Shown: positions 26,483 through 36,517, numbered from the stretch's first letter. The stretch: 64,000 bases of DNA from Erysipelotrichales bacterium (GCA_022508525.1 JAFLVA010000005.1:22625-86624), one strand, 5' to 3'. Notes: generated by a model from the letters alone, not told the origin. Numbers and translations: made by a program.

Positions 26483-27221
26483 AAGAGTTCAACTCCTTAT
26501 AAATTAGATCAAAATATTTTTGGAATTCTTTACTTTTTCTTGCTAAAGTCGGAGTTCTTTCTCCATCAATTGTAAGTTTAATATTTAGAACTTTTTTGAT
26601 AATGCATGGACGATTTGAAAGCACAATTACTTTGTCTGCGACACTTATTGCCTCGGATATATCATGCGTTACTATAATTGCAGACTTTTTTTCACTCTTA
26701 ATAATTTTATAAACATCATCAAGAACAAAAAGTCTAGTTTGATAATCTAAAGCAGAAAACGGTTCATCAAGAAGAAGAACATCTGGCTTTAATGCTAGTG
26801 TTCTTATCAAGGCAACACGCTGTCTCATGCCACCAGATAATTCGTTTGGATAGTATTTAGAAAAATCTTTTAAACCATATTTGTTAATTAAATCATTAAC
26901 ATAATTTAGATTATCTTTATTTAATGTTTTAGATATTTCTAAACCTAGTTTTATATTATCTAAAACATTACGCCACATAAAGAGGTTATCCCTTTGAAAC
27001 ATATAACCGATATTTCCGTCTTTTTTAATCTCGCCACTAGTTTGTAAATCAAGTGAAGAAGCAAGATTTAGAATTGTCGATTTACCGCATCCTGATGGTC
27101 CAATGACTGCAATAATTTCATCTTCATGAAGTGTGAAACTTATCTTAGACAAGACCTCGGTTTTGCCAGTTTCAGTGAAAAAAGACTTAGAAACATCTTC
27201 AAATGTTAAAAGTGATTTCAT
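26469..27221 (-). CDS. ABC transporter ATP-binding protein (NitT/TauT family)
   Basis: Walker A GPSGCGKST, signature LSGGMRQR, Walker B LLLDEPFSALD. 14-nt overlap with the permease gene. Confidence 0.9.
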   Translation of the reverse strand: MKSLLTFEDVSKSFFTETGKTEVLSKISFTLHEDEIIAVIGPSGCGKSTILNLASSLDLQTSGEIKKDGNIGYMFQRDNLFMWRNVLDNIKLGLEISKTLNKDNLNYVNDLINKYGLKDFSKYYPNELSGGMRQRVALIRTLALKPDVLLLDEPFSALDYQTRLFVLDDVYKIIKSEKKSAIIVTHDISEAISVADKVIVLSNRPCIIKKVLNIKLTIDGERTPTLARKSKEFQKYFDLIYKELNSYEAD

Positions 27222-27347
27222 TAAAGTCCTCCTTACTAATATAGTCTATTTGCTTATGTAATAATTGGTGCGTATAAAAGTATTTTATAGGCATTTAATA
27301 TATTTAAAAAATAATGTATAATACAAAACGAGAAATGAGGTAAATTT

Positions 27348-27956
27348 ATGAATAAGTATTTAGATAATTTTTATCGCCTTTTTTCTGAAAATGATCAAGA
27401 AGTTTATAAGGCAGTATTAGAAAAGAAAGATTGGATTTTAGCACCACTTTATTTGCCAGGTGATTTATCTATAAGTAAAGATGAAGAGGGGAAAAATCAT
27501 TTTAAAGCTTTAGAAGCATTATTTGATGATGTCTTATTATTTAATTCTTTGGGTGATAAAAGAGTAAACAACTTTCGCTATGTAAAATTTAAAAAGAAGA
27601 TTATTGGAGATACTCATCCGCATTTTTATATTGAGTACGACTTTAATAAAATCGATCAAAAAGGTTATCAGACAGTTGTCGCAAATTTTTACCCTTGTTT
27701 AAGTAAAAAAGAGCTAGTAATTGATAAGAATTCAAATGATATAAAAGAATTATTAAAATTATTTATGATTGGTGAAGAAAATGAAGCTGTAATTGTCTTA
27801 GATGAGAGTAATCTACTTAACAATGCTTTCTTTGCTCCAATTATGAAAAGAGTAATAGTTAGTGAATCTGCTCCAATGGAAGTAAAAGAAGTCTTAATAA
27901 AATTAGCAGAAGAAAAAAATATTGGTTATGTTGAAAAAGCCTTTATAAAACAATAA
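27348..27956 (+). CDS. hypothetical protein (202 aa)
   Basis: GAGG RBS and its own terminator. No recognisable motif. Confidence 0.55.
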   Translation: MNKYLDNFYRLFSENDQEVYKAVLEKKDWILAPLYLPGDLSISKDEEGKNHFKALEALFDDVLLFNSLGDKRVNNFRYVKFKKKIIGDTHPHFYIEYDFNKIDQKGYQTVVANFYPCLSKKELVIDKNSNDIKELLKLFMIGEENEAVIVLDESNLLNNAFFAPIMKRVIVSESAPMEVKEVLIKLAEEKNIGYVEKAFIKQ

Positions 27957-27981
27957 ATTAATATTACTTAAAAAATTTAAA

Positions 27982-28009
27982 AGCACTTCACTACGAAGTG
28001 CTATTTTTA
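27982..28009 (+). terminator. rho-independent terminator
   Basis: AGCACTTC-actac-GAAGTGCT followed by ATTTTT. Confidence 0.75.
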
Positions 28010-28051
28010 TTATTCGGTATATTTAATATTTTCATAAACCAATTTCCAAAT

Positions 28052-28086
28052 AAAAAAGTGTAAACTAGGTGGTATAGCTTACACTT
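28052..28086 (-). terminator. rho-independent terminator (minus strand)
   Basis: AAGTGTAA...TTACACTT stem, with an A-run on the plus strand upstream (a T-run on the minus strand). Confidence 0.6.
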
Positions 28087-28092
28087 ATATAT

Positions 28093-29382
28093 CTAATTGC
28101 CATTTATGATACTATCATTAAAAGAATTGAGAGCCTCTACTAAACCTTGGTCTGAATTAATTTCGTCATGTACTATAGAATTTAGTAAAGTGGATACATT
28201 AGTCAAAAAACTAGTTGGAATATTATTTTGTGTAATTGCAAACTCATATTGTGAAATGATGGCTTGAGCATTTGGATTAGAAGAAATTTTATTGTTAGTT
28301 ATGGCATCAATATTACAAGGTGCTAAACTTTGGTCTTCGAATCTCGCTAATTGACTTTCCTCATTAGATAAGAATTTTGCTAATTCATATGCGGCAACTA
28401 AACGATCATTATCAGAGTCTAAACTTTTTGGATTTATACCAAATGCTAAACCATCTAAAAATGCACTTAAATGTTTTGTATCTCCATCTATTGTAATGGT
28501 TGGCATCGCTGCACAAGCATATTTTTCATCAAATCTATTTTTGTAGAAAGAAGAGTACCAATGTCCAGAAATGTAAGCCACTATATCGTTATCATCGGCT
28601 GCATCTATATATGGATATAAACCAGCATTTTTCCAAGCCGGATGGTTACCAATTTTTTGAATTGCTTTTGCGGCCTTAATACCTTTTTCAGTGTTAAAAT
28701 CTGCAGTGGTGGATATTACAGAACCAGTTTCGTCAAAAGATACATTACAGTTTGCACCGAAAGTAAACATTATTGCTCCGCCATAGAAGGAATCATCTAA
28801 AGGAAATCCGATTTTCTTCCCATGGGTTAAAGCCAAATCCAACATAGTTTCAATTGATTTTACATCATTTTCATTAAAGAAAGATTTGTTGTAATGAATA
28901 TAATATGTGCTATCTCCAGCATATGGATATGCATAATATTCTCCGTTATAAGTTGCTAATTTTTTACCATAATCACTATAATTTTCATTAATAAATGTGG
29001 CATTAGCATCAGTGAGTTTTGATAGAGCACCTAATTTGTAGAGTTCTTTAAAACTACCAGTTGTAAATTCATAAATATCAGGACCACTTGACCAATTTTC
29101 AATTTTGCTAGCAACTAAGTTTGGATCACACTCGTAATAGTCAATAATATATGTGTTTTTATCACCGGCATTTTTTCTTTCTTTCTTGAATTTTTCAAAA
29201 AGCGAATTATTAAATTCTTTGTTAGAAGCAGAACCAGAATATGTTAATTTTATAGTTTTTGGTATATTGCTACCAATAGTGGAGTTTTTAGAATTTAAAT
29301 CTCCAGATGCATTCGAATTTTGAATCACGCAACTAGATAGTAGTAATGTCATAAGTGTGATTATTGATAGTTTTATTTTCAT
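28093..29382 (-). CDS. extracellular solute-binding lipoprotein (MalE-like family 1 carbohydrate SBP) with no adjacent permease or ATPase
   Basis: Lipobox LLSSC. GPDIYEF, YAYPYAGDSTYYIHYNKSFF, and overall SBP_bac_1-like layout. Confidence 0.65.
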   Translation of the reverse strand: MKIKLSIITLMTLLLSSCVIQNSNASGDLNSKNSTIGSNIPKTIKLTYSGSASNKEFNNSLFEKFKKERKNAGDKNTYIIDYYECDPNLVASKIENWSSGPDIYEFTTGSFKELYKLGALSKLTDANATFINENYSDYGKKLATYNGEYYAYPYAGDSTYYIHYNKSFFNENDVKSIETMLDLALTHGKKIGFPLDDSFYGGAIMFTFGANCNVSFDETGSVISTTADFNTEKGIKAAKAIQKIGNHPAWKNAGLYPYIDAADDNDIVAYISGHWYSSFYKNRFDEKYACAAMPTITIDGDTKHLSAFLDGLAFGINPKSLDSDNDRLVAAYELAKFLSNEESQLARFEDQSLAPCNIDAITNNKISSNPNAQAIISQYEFAITQNNIPTSFLTNVSTLLNSIVHDEINSDQGLVEALNSFNDSIINGN

Positions 29383-29415
29383 AGATAATTCCTCATTTCG
29401 TAATAATATATTAAA

Positions 29416-30654
29416 TTAATTGTTTTTTTCAATCAATGATTTATTGTTAAATAATTTTTTCATATTTAAGAATAAAACAATTAAGATAGACAGATTAATA
29501 AGTGCGGAGAGTCTTACACAATCCTGACCTAAAAATTTGAATATATATTCACCAGTTAAGAAGTGTGTGTAATTATTTACTGATGAGAAAATCATTAATG
29601 GAGCGAGATAATATTGCTTTTTATGAACGATAACATAAAGAAGAATAAATATATCGGCCATAAAGAAATATCTTTCATGCATATGAGGCAATACAAATGG
29701 TGCAAGTAAAGCATATAAAGCAGCAACATACATCATATTGTAATCATTGCATTCGACTTTTTTATAGAATAAAACAAACATTACAAACAGAAGAACTGCG
29801 ATAGCAAAAATAACAGCAACACCATTGTTAAAATAATCTCTAAAACTTGACATTTCGATAAAAGCATACATTGAACCGGAGCCATAATTCATATTAGGAT
29901 ATTGACCGAATTGGTAACCGATAACCTTGAATGGTTCGGTAAATCCACCACCGAAAAGGTAACTTGGTAAAATGGTGATGAAAAAACCAACAGGAATTAA
30001 AAGCAAATTCCAAATTCGGTATTTTTTATTGAGCCACATAAAGCCAAGAAGTGGGAGAATAAAGATTGTTTGTAATTTAAGTCCCATAGCTAAACCTAGC
30101 ACTAATGTAGCCCAGATGTTTTTCTTTTTTAGAAGCAATAAGAAGAAATACACTACTACACAAACATACATTTGATCACATTGACCCCAAATTGCTGAAT
30201 TTGCATATACAGATGGAGCGTATAAAACAATTAAATATGAAATTAGTGATGTAGTTTTGTTTTTAGTAAAGTGATGCACAATAAGCGAAACACCGATTGC
30301 TAAACCAAAATCAAAAATAAAACTAATTGATTTAATTAAAGCAATTGGTTTTGCATTGAAATAGCTAATTAATGCCATGAAATTATAATATCCATAGAAA
30401 TAGTCGTTTTTTGGAAGCTGATTTATTTTAGCAAAAGCTAAAAAATGCCCGTTTTGTTTGAAAAAATCAAACCAAAGCAAAAGTGGATATTTCATATCTC
30501 CACTCACAAAGTCAATAAATAACATTCTAATGACCAATGCTAAAATAGATAATGTTATAAAAACAATTAGCAAAAGATGTTTTCGAAAAAACTTAATAAA
30601 TGCATCAAATACTTTTTGACAAACATCATTAAATGATGTGAAAAATTTTTGCAT
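29416..30654 (-). CDS. polytopic membrane protein, putative GT-C-fold glycosyltransferase (Gpi18/PIG-V-like, DUF2029/COG5542-type)
   Basis: About 10 or more TM helices. First-loop FVSGDM, WGQCDQMY and PHMHERYFF motifs resemble bacterial GT-C mannosyl/glucosyltransferases. Confidence 0.5.
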   Translation of the reverse strand: MQKFFTSFNDVCQKVFDAFIKFFRKHLLLIVFITLSILALVIRMLFIDFVSGDMKYPLLLWFDFFKQNGHFLAFAKINQLPKNDYFYGYYNFMALISYFNAKPIALIKSISFIFDFGLAIGVSLIVHHFTKNKTTSLISYLIVLYAPSVYANSAIWGQCDQMYVCVVVYFFLLLLKKKNIWATLVLGLAMGLKLQTIFILPLLGFMWLNKKYRIWNLLLIPVGFFITILPSYLFGGGFTEPFKVIGYQFGQYPNMNYGSGSMYAFIEMSSFRDYFNNGVAVIFAIAVLLFVMFVLFYKKVECNDYNMMYVAALYALLAPFVLPHMHERYFFMADIFILLYVIVHKKQYYLAPLMIFSSVNNYTHFLTGEYIFKFLGQDCVRLSALINLSILIVLFLNMKKLFNNKSLIEKNN

Positions 30655-30849
30655 AATAATTTCTCCTTATCTAATTTAATAATTATATCACATATTTTTT
30701 ATTGTTTATAGTTTTCAATATAATAAATTATGTTAATATATAATGAAAAAGGCAAAGAAATATAATGATTAAAATAATTATTACGCGCTTATTATGATAT
30801 TTGTTTATATTTCATATAAAAAGTAGTATATTTTAACTAGGTGATTTTT

Positions 30850-31845
30850 ATGGCACTAATCGAAGTGAAAAATTTATCGAAAACTTTTAAAAAACCAATC
30901 AGAGGAAACGGAGTTTTATCTATGGTTAAAACTTTATTTTCCAGAAAATATGAAAACATTGAAGCAGTAAAAGATGTTTCTTTTGAAATTGAGCAAGGTG
31001 AAATTGTTGGATACATTGGTGCGAATGGTGCAGGAAAATCTACAACTATTAAAATGATGTGTGGGATTCTTTTTCCAACAAATGGTGAAGTTATTATTGA
31101 TCAAAAATCTGTTCTTAAGCATCGAAAAGAAATTAATCAAGAAATAGGAGTAGTATTTGGACAAAAAACACAATTGTGGTGGGATATTCCACTTATTGAA
31201 ACTTTTAAAATACTAAAATCTATTTATTCTGTATCTGATAAAGATTATGAGGAACGCTTTAATTATCTTTGTGATCTCTTGGATTTAAGATCCTTTATGA
31301 ATCAAAACGTAAGAAGTCTATCTTTAGGACAAAGAATGCGTGCTGATTTTGCAGCAAGTTTAATACATAATCCTAAAATTCTCTATTTAGATGAACCAAC
31401 TATTGGTCTTGATGTTTTGGTAAAAGATAAAATTAGAAAAGCAATTAAAGAACTAAATCACCATTACAATACGACTGTTATTTTAACGACACATGACATG
31501 AAAGATATTGAAGAACTATGTAGCAGAATCATTATTATTGATAAAGGTACAATTCTTTACGATGGAAGTTTAGAAGATATTAAGTTTAAATTTGGAAATA
31601 TTAAAAATATTGTATTCCCGCTTTTTGAAGATTTTGATGAAACAAAAATAAAAGAATTCAACAAGGCTATAAACATTGAAATTGATGATAATGTGAGATT
31701 ATCTTTCTCACTTAACGATGTTGATTTAGATGCTTTATTACTTTTACTAATAAGTGAGTATAAAATTAGTGACTTTAAAATTTTTGATATAGGAATTGAA
31801 GATATTACGAAGGAGTTATACGCTAAAAATGAAGAGAATAAGTAA
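30850..31845 (+). CDS. ABC transporter ATP-binding protein (ABC-2 subfamily)
   Basis: Start moved to ATG 30850 (AGGTGA RBS). GANGAGKST, LSLGQRMR, LYLDEPTIGLD. Confidence 0.9.
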   Translation: MALIEVKNLSKTFKKPIRGNGVLSMVKTLFSRKYENIEAVKDVSFEIEQGEIVGYIGANGAGKSTTIKMMCGILFPTNGEVIIDQKSVLKHRKEINQEIGVVFGQKTQLWWDIPLIETFKILKSIYSVSDKDYEERFNYLCDLLDLRSFMNQNVRSLSLGQRMRADFAASLIHNPKILYLDEPTIGLDVLVKDKIRKAIKELNHHYNTTVILTTHDMKDIEELCSRIIIIDKGTILYDGSLEDIKFKFGNIKNIVFPLFEDFDETKIKEFNKAINIEIDDNVRLSFSLNDVDLDALLLLLISEYKISDFKIFDIGIEDITKELYAKNEENK

Positions 31846-32662
31846 TGGAATAAAAAAATATATCCCCTTCTTTCGTGCTGGACTTAAGTCTTTTTTAGTG
31901 TACAAAGCTCAAGTATATGGATGGTTACTTATTGGAATAGTAGAGATTCTATTTTTGTTTTTTCTATATAATGCTATATATAAAAATTCAAATTCAACGG
32001 AAATAGGTGGGTTTACATTTTATGAAATGATTTTATATGGGGTGACTTCATTTGTTTTTGCTAATGTGGTCAGTAGTGAAACTGGTTGGAATATTTTTGT
32101 TGAAGTTCGTGATGGAACAATAGTAAATACCCTTACTAAACCAGTATCTTATCGATTACGTCATCTTTTTACTTGTTTTGGAGAAGCATTCTTTAAAATT
32201 TGTTTTGTAGCATTTCCGCTATTAGTTGTTATTTATGGGATATTTTTAGGATGTGGATTTGTCGCTTTTAATCCAATACAATTCATATTTAATATTTTGT
32301 TTTTTATTATATTTATGATTTTAGCTATTGTAATTAATGATAGTATTCAATATATCGTTGGTGTTCTTACTTTTTATACTCAACATATGTTTGGATTAGA
32401 TATGTTTTTTACCGCAATAAAAAATTTCTTATCTGGTGCAATGGTGCCACTATCATATATGGGGATGTTTGGGGTTGTTTTCTCCTATCTTCCATTTGCG
32501 TTTTTAGCATCAACACCTATTTTAATTTTAATGGGAAAAGTTAACATTCTTAGAATACTAATGTTTTTAGGAATTGCTATTGGCTATGAAGTATTATTAG
32601 AAGTTATTAATCACTCTTTATTTAGACATTGCGTGAAGAAAATTGTGGTACAAGGAGGTTAA
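31829..32662 (+). CDS. ABC-2 family permease (DUF990-like)
   Basis: 6 TM. Overlaps the end of the ATPase gene. The choice of start (31829 versus 31796) is uncertain. Confidence 0.7.
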   Translation: MKRISNGIKKYIPFFRAGLKSFLVYKAQVYGWLLIGIVEILFLFFLYNAIYKNSNSTEIGGFTFYEMILYGVTSFVFANVVSSETGWNIFVEVRDGTIVNTLTKPVSYRLRHLFTCFGEAFFKICFVAFPLLVVIYGIFLGCGFVAFNPIQFIFNILFFIIFMILAIVINDSIQYIVGVLTFYTQHMFGLDMFFTAIKNFLSGAMVPLSYMGMFGVVFSYLPFAFLASTPILILMGKVNILRILMFLGIAIGYEVLLEVINHSLFRHCVKKIVVQGG

Positions 32663-33465
32663 TGATGAAGTATATTAAGCTATATTTTAAATATGCAAAA
32701 TTGTCGATAATGTCAAAATTATCGTATAAATCAAATACTATAATTGGTATTTTGGCATTTTTGTTTACAGAAATAACATCAATTTTAACTTTGTTTATTA
32801 TTGTATCGCAAGTTCCAGAATTAAATGGTTGGGATAGGTATCAAATTGCTTTACTTTATGGCATTACAAATCTTGCGATTGGTATTGATCATCTTTTTAC
32901 TGATAAATTATGGAATGTGGCATATTTTGAAGTGCGAAGTGGTAGCATGGATAGTCTTTTCCTTCGTCCTTTACCAGTTTTGTTTCAAACAATAGCCTGT
33001 GAAATACAACTTGAGGCATTAGGTGAAATACTAACAGCTATTTTCTTAATTGTATTTTGCGCAAGTAATTTGGCGTTAATTGTTAATTTTTCAAGTATAT
33101 TATTACTTGCAGTTGGAATTATTTGTGCAAGTTTACTTATTTCATCATTTAAAATTATTATTGCGTCTATGGCATTTGCGTTTAAACGAACGGGACCATT
33201 TCTTCAAATAATTTATAACTTTGCAAATTATTCAAAATATCCTTTAAACATATTTCCTAAAATAATACGATTCGCTTTTACATTTTTAATACCACTAGGT
33301 TTATGTATTTTTTACCCGGTATCTAATTTATTTCAACCACTTGATATAGGAATTAGTCCATATTTATTGATAGTAATAATTATTTCAATAACAGTGGTTA
33401 TGCTTATTTTAGCAGTATTAATCTGGAATTACTTTGCTAAAAGATACGAAAGCACAGGATCGTAA
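32662..33465 (+). CDS. ABC-2 family permease (DUF990-like), second subunit
   Basis: GGAGG RBS, TAATG overlap with the upstream permease gene, 6 TM. Confidence 0.7.
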   Translation: MMKYIKLYFKYAKLSIMSKLSYKSNTIIGILAFLFTEITSILTLFIIVSQVPELNGWDRYQIALLYGITNLAIGIDHLFTDKLWNVAYFEVRSGSMDSLFLRPLPVLFQTIACEIQLEALGEILTAIFLIVFCASNLALIVNFSSILLLAVGIICASLLISSFKIIIASMAFAFKRTGPFLQIIYNFANYSKYPLNIFPKIIRFAFTFLIPLGLCIFYPVSNLFQPLDIGISPYLLIVIIISITVVMLILAVLIWNYFAKRYESTGS

Positions 33466-33480
33466 TTTATTTAAACGACA

Positions 33481-33510
33481 AAAAAACTAGTTCATGAGAA
33501 CTAGTTTTTA
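33481..33510. terminator. bidirectional terminator
   Basis: AAAAACTAGTTC-atga-GAACTAGTTTTT. Confidence 0.8.
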
Positions 33511-35148
33511 AATGTCTTGATAGCAGCTTCCACCAATGAACTCACGCATTAGGGAATTGCAAGGTACCCAAGTATCATCCATATCTTTAAAGTATTTTAA
33601 GAACTTAATCAATCGCTCTGCTAATGTGTAATATGGTGAGTCTACATCAATTTTTTGTAATACTGGCAACGCATATTTACGCATTACGCATAATTCGTAA
33701 GGTAAAAATGAATTATAAACATAATCAGCGCCTTCTTGAGTTTTATAGATCCATGTGAATTCACCTTTACGTACGCTTGGCCACATTTGCATTGTATTTT
33801 CTGCTGAAGCATTACGGAATTGTTTATCGCGAACAATTCGTCTTAATAATCTTAAATCAGTAAGTGAAATTGGATTGTGATTATCAAGATTTATTTGAGC
33901 TTGAGGAGCAATGTAAATCTTAAACTTTTGATGTTTAGGAATTAAAGTTGTCATTTGGTCATTTAAAGCGTGAATACCTTCAATGATGATTGGTTGACCA
34001 TCGGGTACTCTTAAAATGCGACCTGGAACACGTTTGCCTAATTTAAAATCAAATTTAGGAAGTTGGACTTCTTCACCTTGAATAAGGTCTAAGATGTTTT
34101 GGTTAAATAGTGGAACATCTAAAGCGTTCATGCTTTCTAAATCTGGTTCACCATTTTCATCAAGTGGAGCCATATCGCGTGGTAAATAATAATCATCTAT
34201 AGAGATTCTTATTGGTTTGATACCGCGAGATAATAATTCAATTCTTAAGCGATTAGCGAATGTTGTTTTTCCAGAACTTGATGGTCCAGCAATACAAATT
34301 AGACGTATGTTTTCAATATCCTTTTCGATTAGTTCGCCTAGCTCACAAAGCATTCTACTATGTTTTGCTTCGCAAAGATTAATAAATTCAATATCGCCAG
34401 CTTCTTCAACCATCTTGTTAAGACCAGCTACAGAGTCAACACCAGTAGCTTTTGCCCATTTGTGTGCTTCTTTTAAGGTTTTGCCAAATGTAGGTGCATC
34501 TTCAAATGGTGGAATATTTCCGTTACATTCTGATCTAGGATATTGAATAATAATACCTGGAGAATATAAACGTAGAGAGAAACGTCTTAGATATCCCGTG
34601 GAAGGAACCATGTGTCCATACATATAGTTCATATAACCATCACATTCATAGAAATGGACAGTTTTCTCTGGACGATATTTTAATGTTTCAATTTTGTCTT
34701 CAAAGCCACGTTCTTTGTAAATTTCAACTGCCTTGTCATTACCGATAATAATTCGTTTAAAAGGTAAATCTGCCTCAACTAGTCTTCGCATTTCCTCATC
34801 AATTTTCTTGACCATTGAAGTATCAATACGAACATTTTCGTTAAGAATTTGAACGAAAATAGATCTTGATACATTGTAGGAAAAGCGAAATTTCAAATTT
34901 GGGTATGTTCGCTCAGCGGCCATAGCAAATAAGTAACGAATGGAAGTTTCATATGTTTTAATTGAAGATTGGTCTTTAACAGTTAAGAATTCTACTTCAG
35001 CATCATAATAAACTTCATAGGTTAATTCGCGTAGTTTGTTGTTAACTTTAGCAACAATATAATCCTTGTTACCTTCGACAAGTGATAATAAGCTTATCTT
35101 CTTGTCAAAATTCAATGTTTTGTCTTTTAATTTAATAGTAAATGACAT
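33508..35148 (-). CDS. uridine kinase/phosphoribulokinase-family nucleoside kinase with an N-terminal TGS-like extension
   Basis: Start moved to ATG 35148 (GGAGG, 9-nt spacing; MSFTIKL...). P-loop GPSSSGKTTFANRL. About 250-aa N-terminal extension. Confidence 0.7.
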   Translation of the reverse strand: MSFTIKLKDKTLNFDKKISLLSLVEGNKDYIVAKVNNKLRELTYEVYYDAEVEFLTVKDQSSIKTYETSIRYLFAMAAERTYPNLKFRFSYNVSRSIFVQILNENVRIDTSMVKKIDEEMRRLVEADLPFKRIIIGNDKAVEIYKERGFEDKIETLKYRPEKTVHFYECDGYMNYMYGHMVPSTGYLRRFSLRLYSPGIIIQYPRSECNGNIPPFEDAPTFGKTLKEAHKWAKATGVDSVAGLNKMVEEAGDIEFINLCEAKHSRMLCELGELIEKDIENIRLICIAGPSSSGKTTFANRLRIELLSRGIKPIRISIDDYYLPRDMAPLDENGEPDLESMNALDVPLFNQNILDLIQGEEVQLPKFDFKLGKRVPGRILRVPDGQPIIIEGIHALNDQMTTLIPKHQKFKIYIAPQAQINLDNHNPISLTDLRLLRRIVRDKQFRNASAENTMQMWPSVRKGEFTWIYKTQEGADYVYNSFLPYELCVMRKYALPVLQKIDVDSPYYTLAERLIKFLKYFKDMDDTWVPCNSLMREFIGGSCYQDI

Positions 35149-35242
35149 AATATTTTCCTCCTTTAAAAGAAAGTTACTCTTTGATTTTATAGGCGGACAA
35201 AGAAAAATGCAAGGGCTTTCATAAAATATTTTTATTATAAAT

Positions 35243-35263
35243 AAAAAAGCGTCATAAGACGCT
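35243..35263 (-). terminator. rho-independent terminator (minus strand)
   Basis: Minus-strand reading: AGCGTC-ttat-GACGCT followed by T6. Confidence 0.7.
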
Positions 35264-35285
35264 CCATAATTTATTAGCATAATTA

Positions 35286-35885
35286 TTAAATTTGTTCTTC
35301 ACTTTTATTTTTAATAATAGGAACAAAATTGACAATAAGCATAGTGTATATAAGTACAATTGCTAGTTCGACAAGAACCATATAGCCAATATTGTTTGCA
35401 AATAATGATGACTCATTAAGATTAATCATACTGAAGAATAAATTAATACTTGATGCAAGATTTATACTAAAAATTACTACTGATAATATTGCTGCCCAAC
35501 GTTTACCTTTAAGAGCAAAAATTATTCCAACAACTAGTGCTGATAAAAGAAATAGTGACAAAAGATAACGAGATGTCATTAATGAATATTCGCCGCTTAA
35601 TGCTGCGAAATAGTCATTTATAGAAGAATTATCAAACATTCTAACAAATAAAAGTATTAGAAGCATTGGTGCTAGAGTAATCATTTTTTTATTCTTTACA
35701 AATGATAGTATCAAAAATACTATAAGTGTTATGATTAATGATACAATAATAAGTATAAAAGTTAGACTAGATTCTCCATCACTGTTGATTACTAAACGAT
35801 CAATTAAAGCGGCAAGCAAAATAATAATTGAAAATCCCACAAGAAGAAACTTACTAATTGCCGTAGCAATTGTATTTTTATTCAT
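35286..35885 (-). CDS. hypothetical polytopic membrane protein (paralog B)
   Basis: GGAGG RBS. 6 TM. Shares the motif RMFDNSSINDY with the upstream gene. Confidence 0.6.
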   Translation of the reverse strand: MNKNTIATAISKFLLVGFSIIILLAALIDRLVINSDGESSLTFILIIVSLIITLIVFLILSFVKNKKMITLAPMLLILLFVRMFDNSSINDYFAALSGEYSLMTSRYLLSLFLLSALVVGIIFALKGKRWAAILSVVIFSINLASSINLFFSMINLNESSLFANNIGYMVLVELAIVLIYTMLIVNFVPIIKNKSEEQI

Positions 35886-36399
35886 TGCTAATTTCCTCCT
35901 TTTTTTGTAGTACTAGGCAAAGTGCAAATAATGCTGGAAGAATCAAAAAAGAAATAGAAGTAATGTTGACGATACTAAATAACACCACAAGGTGAGATAT
36001 TGATAATGCAATTAACAAAGCAACTAATACATCTTTAAATACTGATTTTTTCATAACTAAATGCAACACATAGAAAGCAACTATTGATAAACTGACCAAT
36101 AAAGAAAATGCCATTGACCATAGTGGTTTATTAATTATGTTGTTAAGATCGGTTAGAACCAATGCACCTAAATATAAACAAAAAGGTATTAAAAGATATT
36201 TTTCAATTTTTCCATTTTTAAATCCAAATACTATTAGTAAAACACTGCTGGCTATAGTTAATAAAACTGCTATTAGACCAACATAATCGATTGAAGAAGT
36301 ATTATCAAACATTTGGAATAGTGTCATACATAAAAATATAGCAGCAACTAATCCCATTGTTACGATAATTTTTCCTAAATTGTTTCTTAATTTTTCCAT
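35878..36399 (-). CDS. hypothetical polytopic membrane protein (paralog A)
   Basis: Start moved to ATG 36399 (AAGGAGGAG RBS). 5-6 TM. Motif QMFDNTSSIDY. 8-nt overlap with paralog B. Confidence 0.6.
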   Translation of the reverse strand: MEKLRNNLGKIIVTMGLVAAIFLCMTLFQMFDNTSSIDYVGLIAVLLTIASSVLLIVFGFKNGKIEKYLLIPFCLYLGALVLTDLNNIINKPLWSMAFSLLVSLSIVAFYVLHLVMKKSVFKDVLVALLIALSISHLVVLFSIVNITSISFLILPALFALCLVLQKKEEISNE

Positions 36400-36517
36400 A
36401 ATTTCTCCTCCTTTCGCCCATAGTGTAGCACCACAGAATATTTTTGTAAACAATAATGAAAAGACAATGTTTTACATAGTAAAGCATTGCCAAAACATAA
36501 TTAATTTATAATCAACA

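Noticed and set aside
22344-27347. I looked for a TPP (THI-box) riboswitch upstream of the NMT1/THI5-like binding-protein gene (22344-22515) and of the ABC ATPase gene (27222-27347).
   Set aside because: Neither leader contains the conserved CUGAGA / ACCUGAUCUGGAUAAUGCCAGCG-type elements. The leaders are short and AT-rich.
6442-36453. The upstream-extended starts given in the ORF track were checked: 6442, 10975, 13909, 30841, 31796, 32629, 35280(-), 36453(-), 37336(-), 37448, 40629, 42436(-), 47102, 48387, 50635, 58666 and 61411(-).
   Set aside because: In each case an internal ATG, preceded at 5-10 nt by a GGAGG/AGGTGA-type Shine-Dalgarno, begins the recognisable signal peptide or conserved N-terminus. 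The extensions overlap upstream genes, terminators or promoters.
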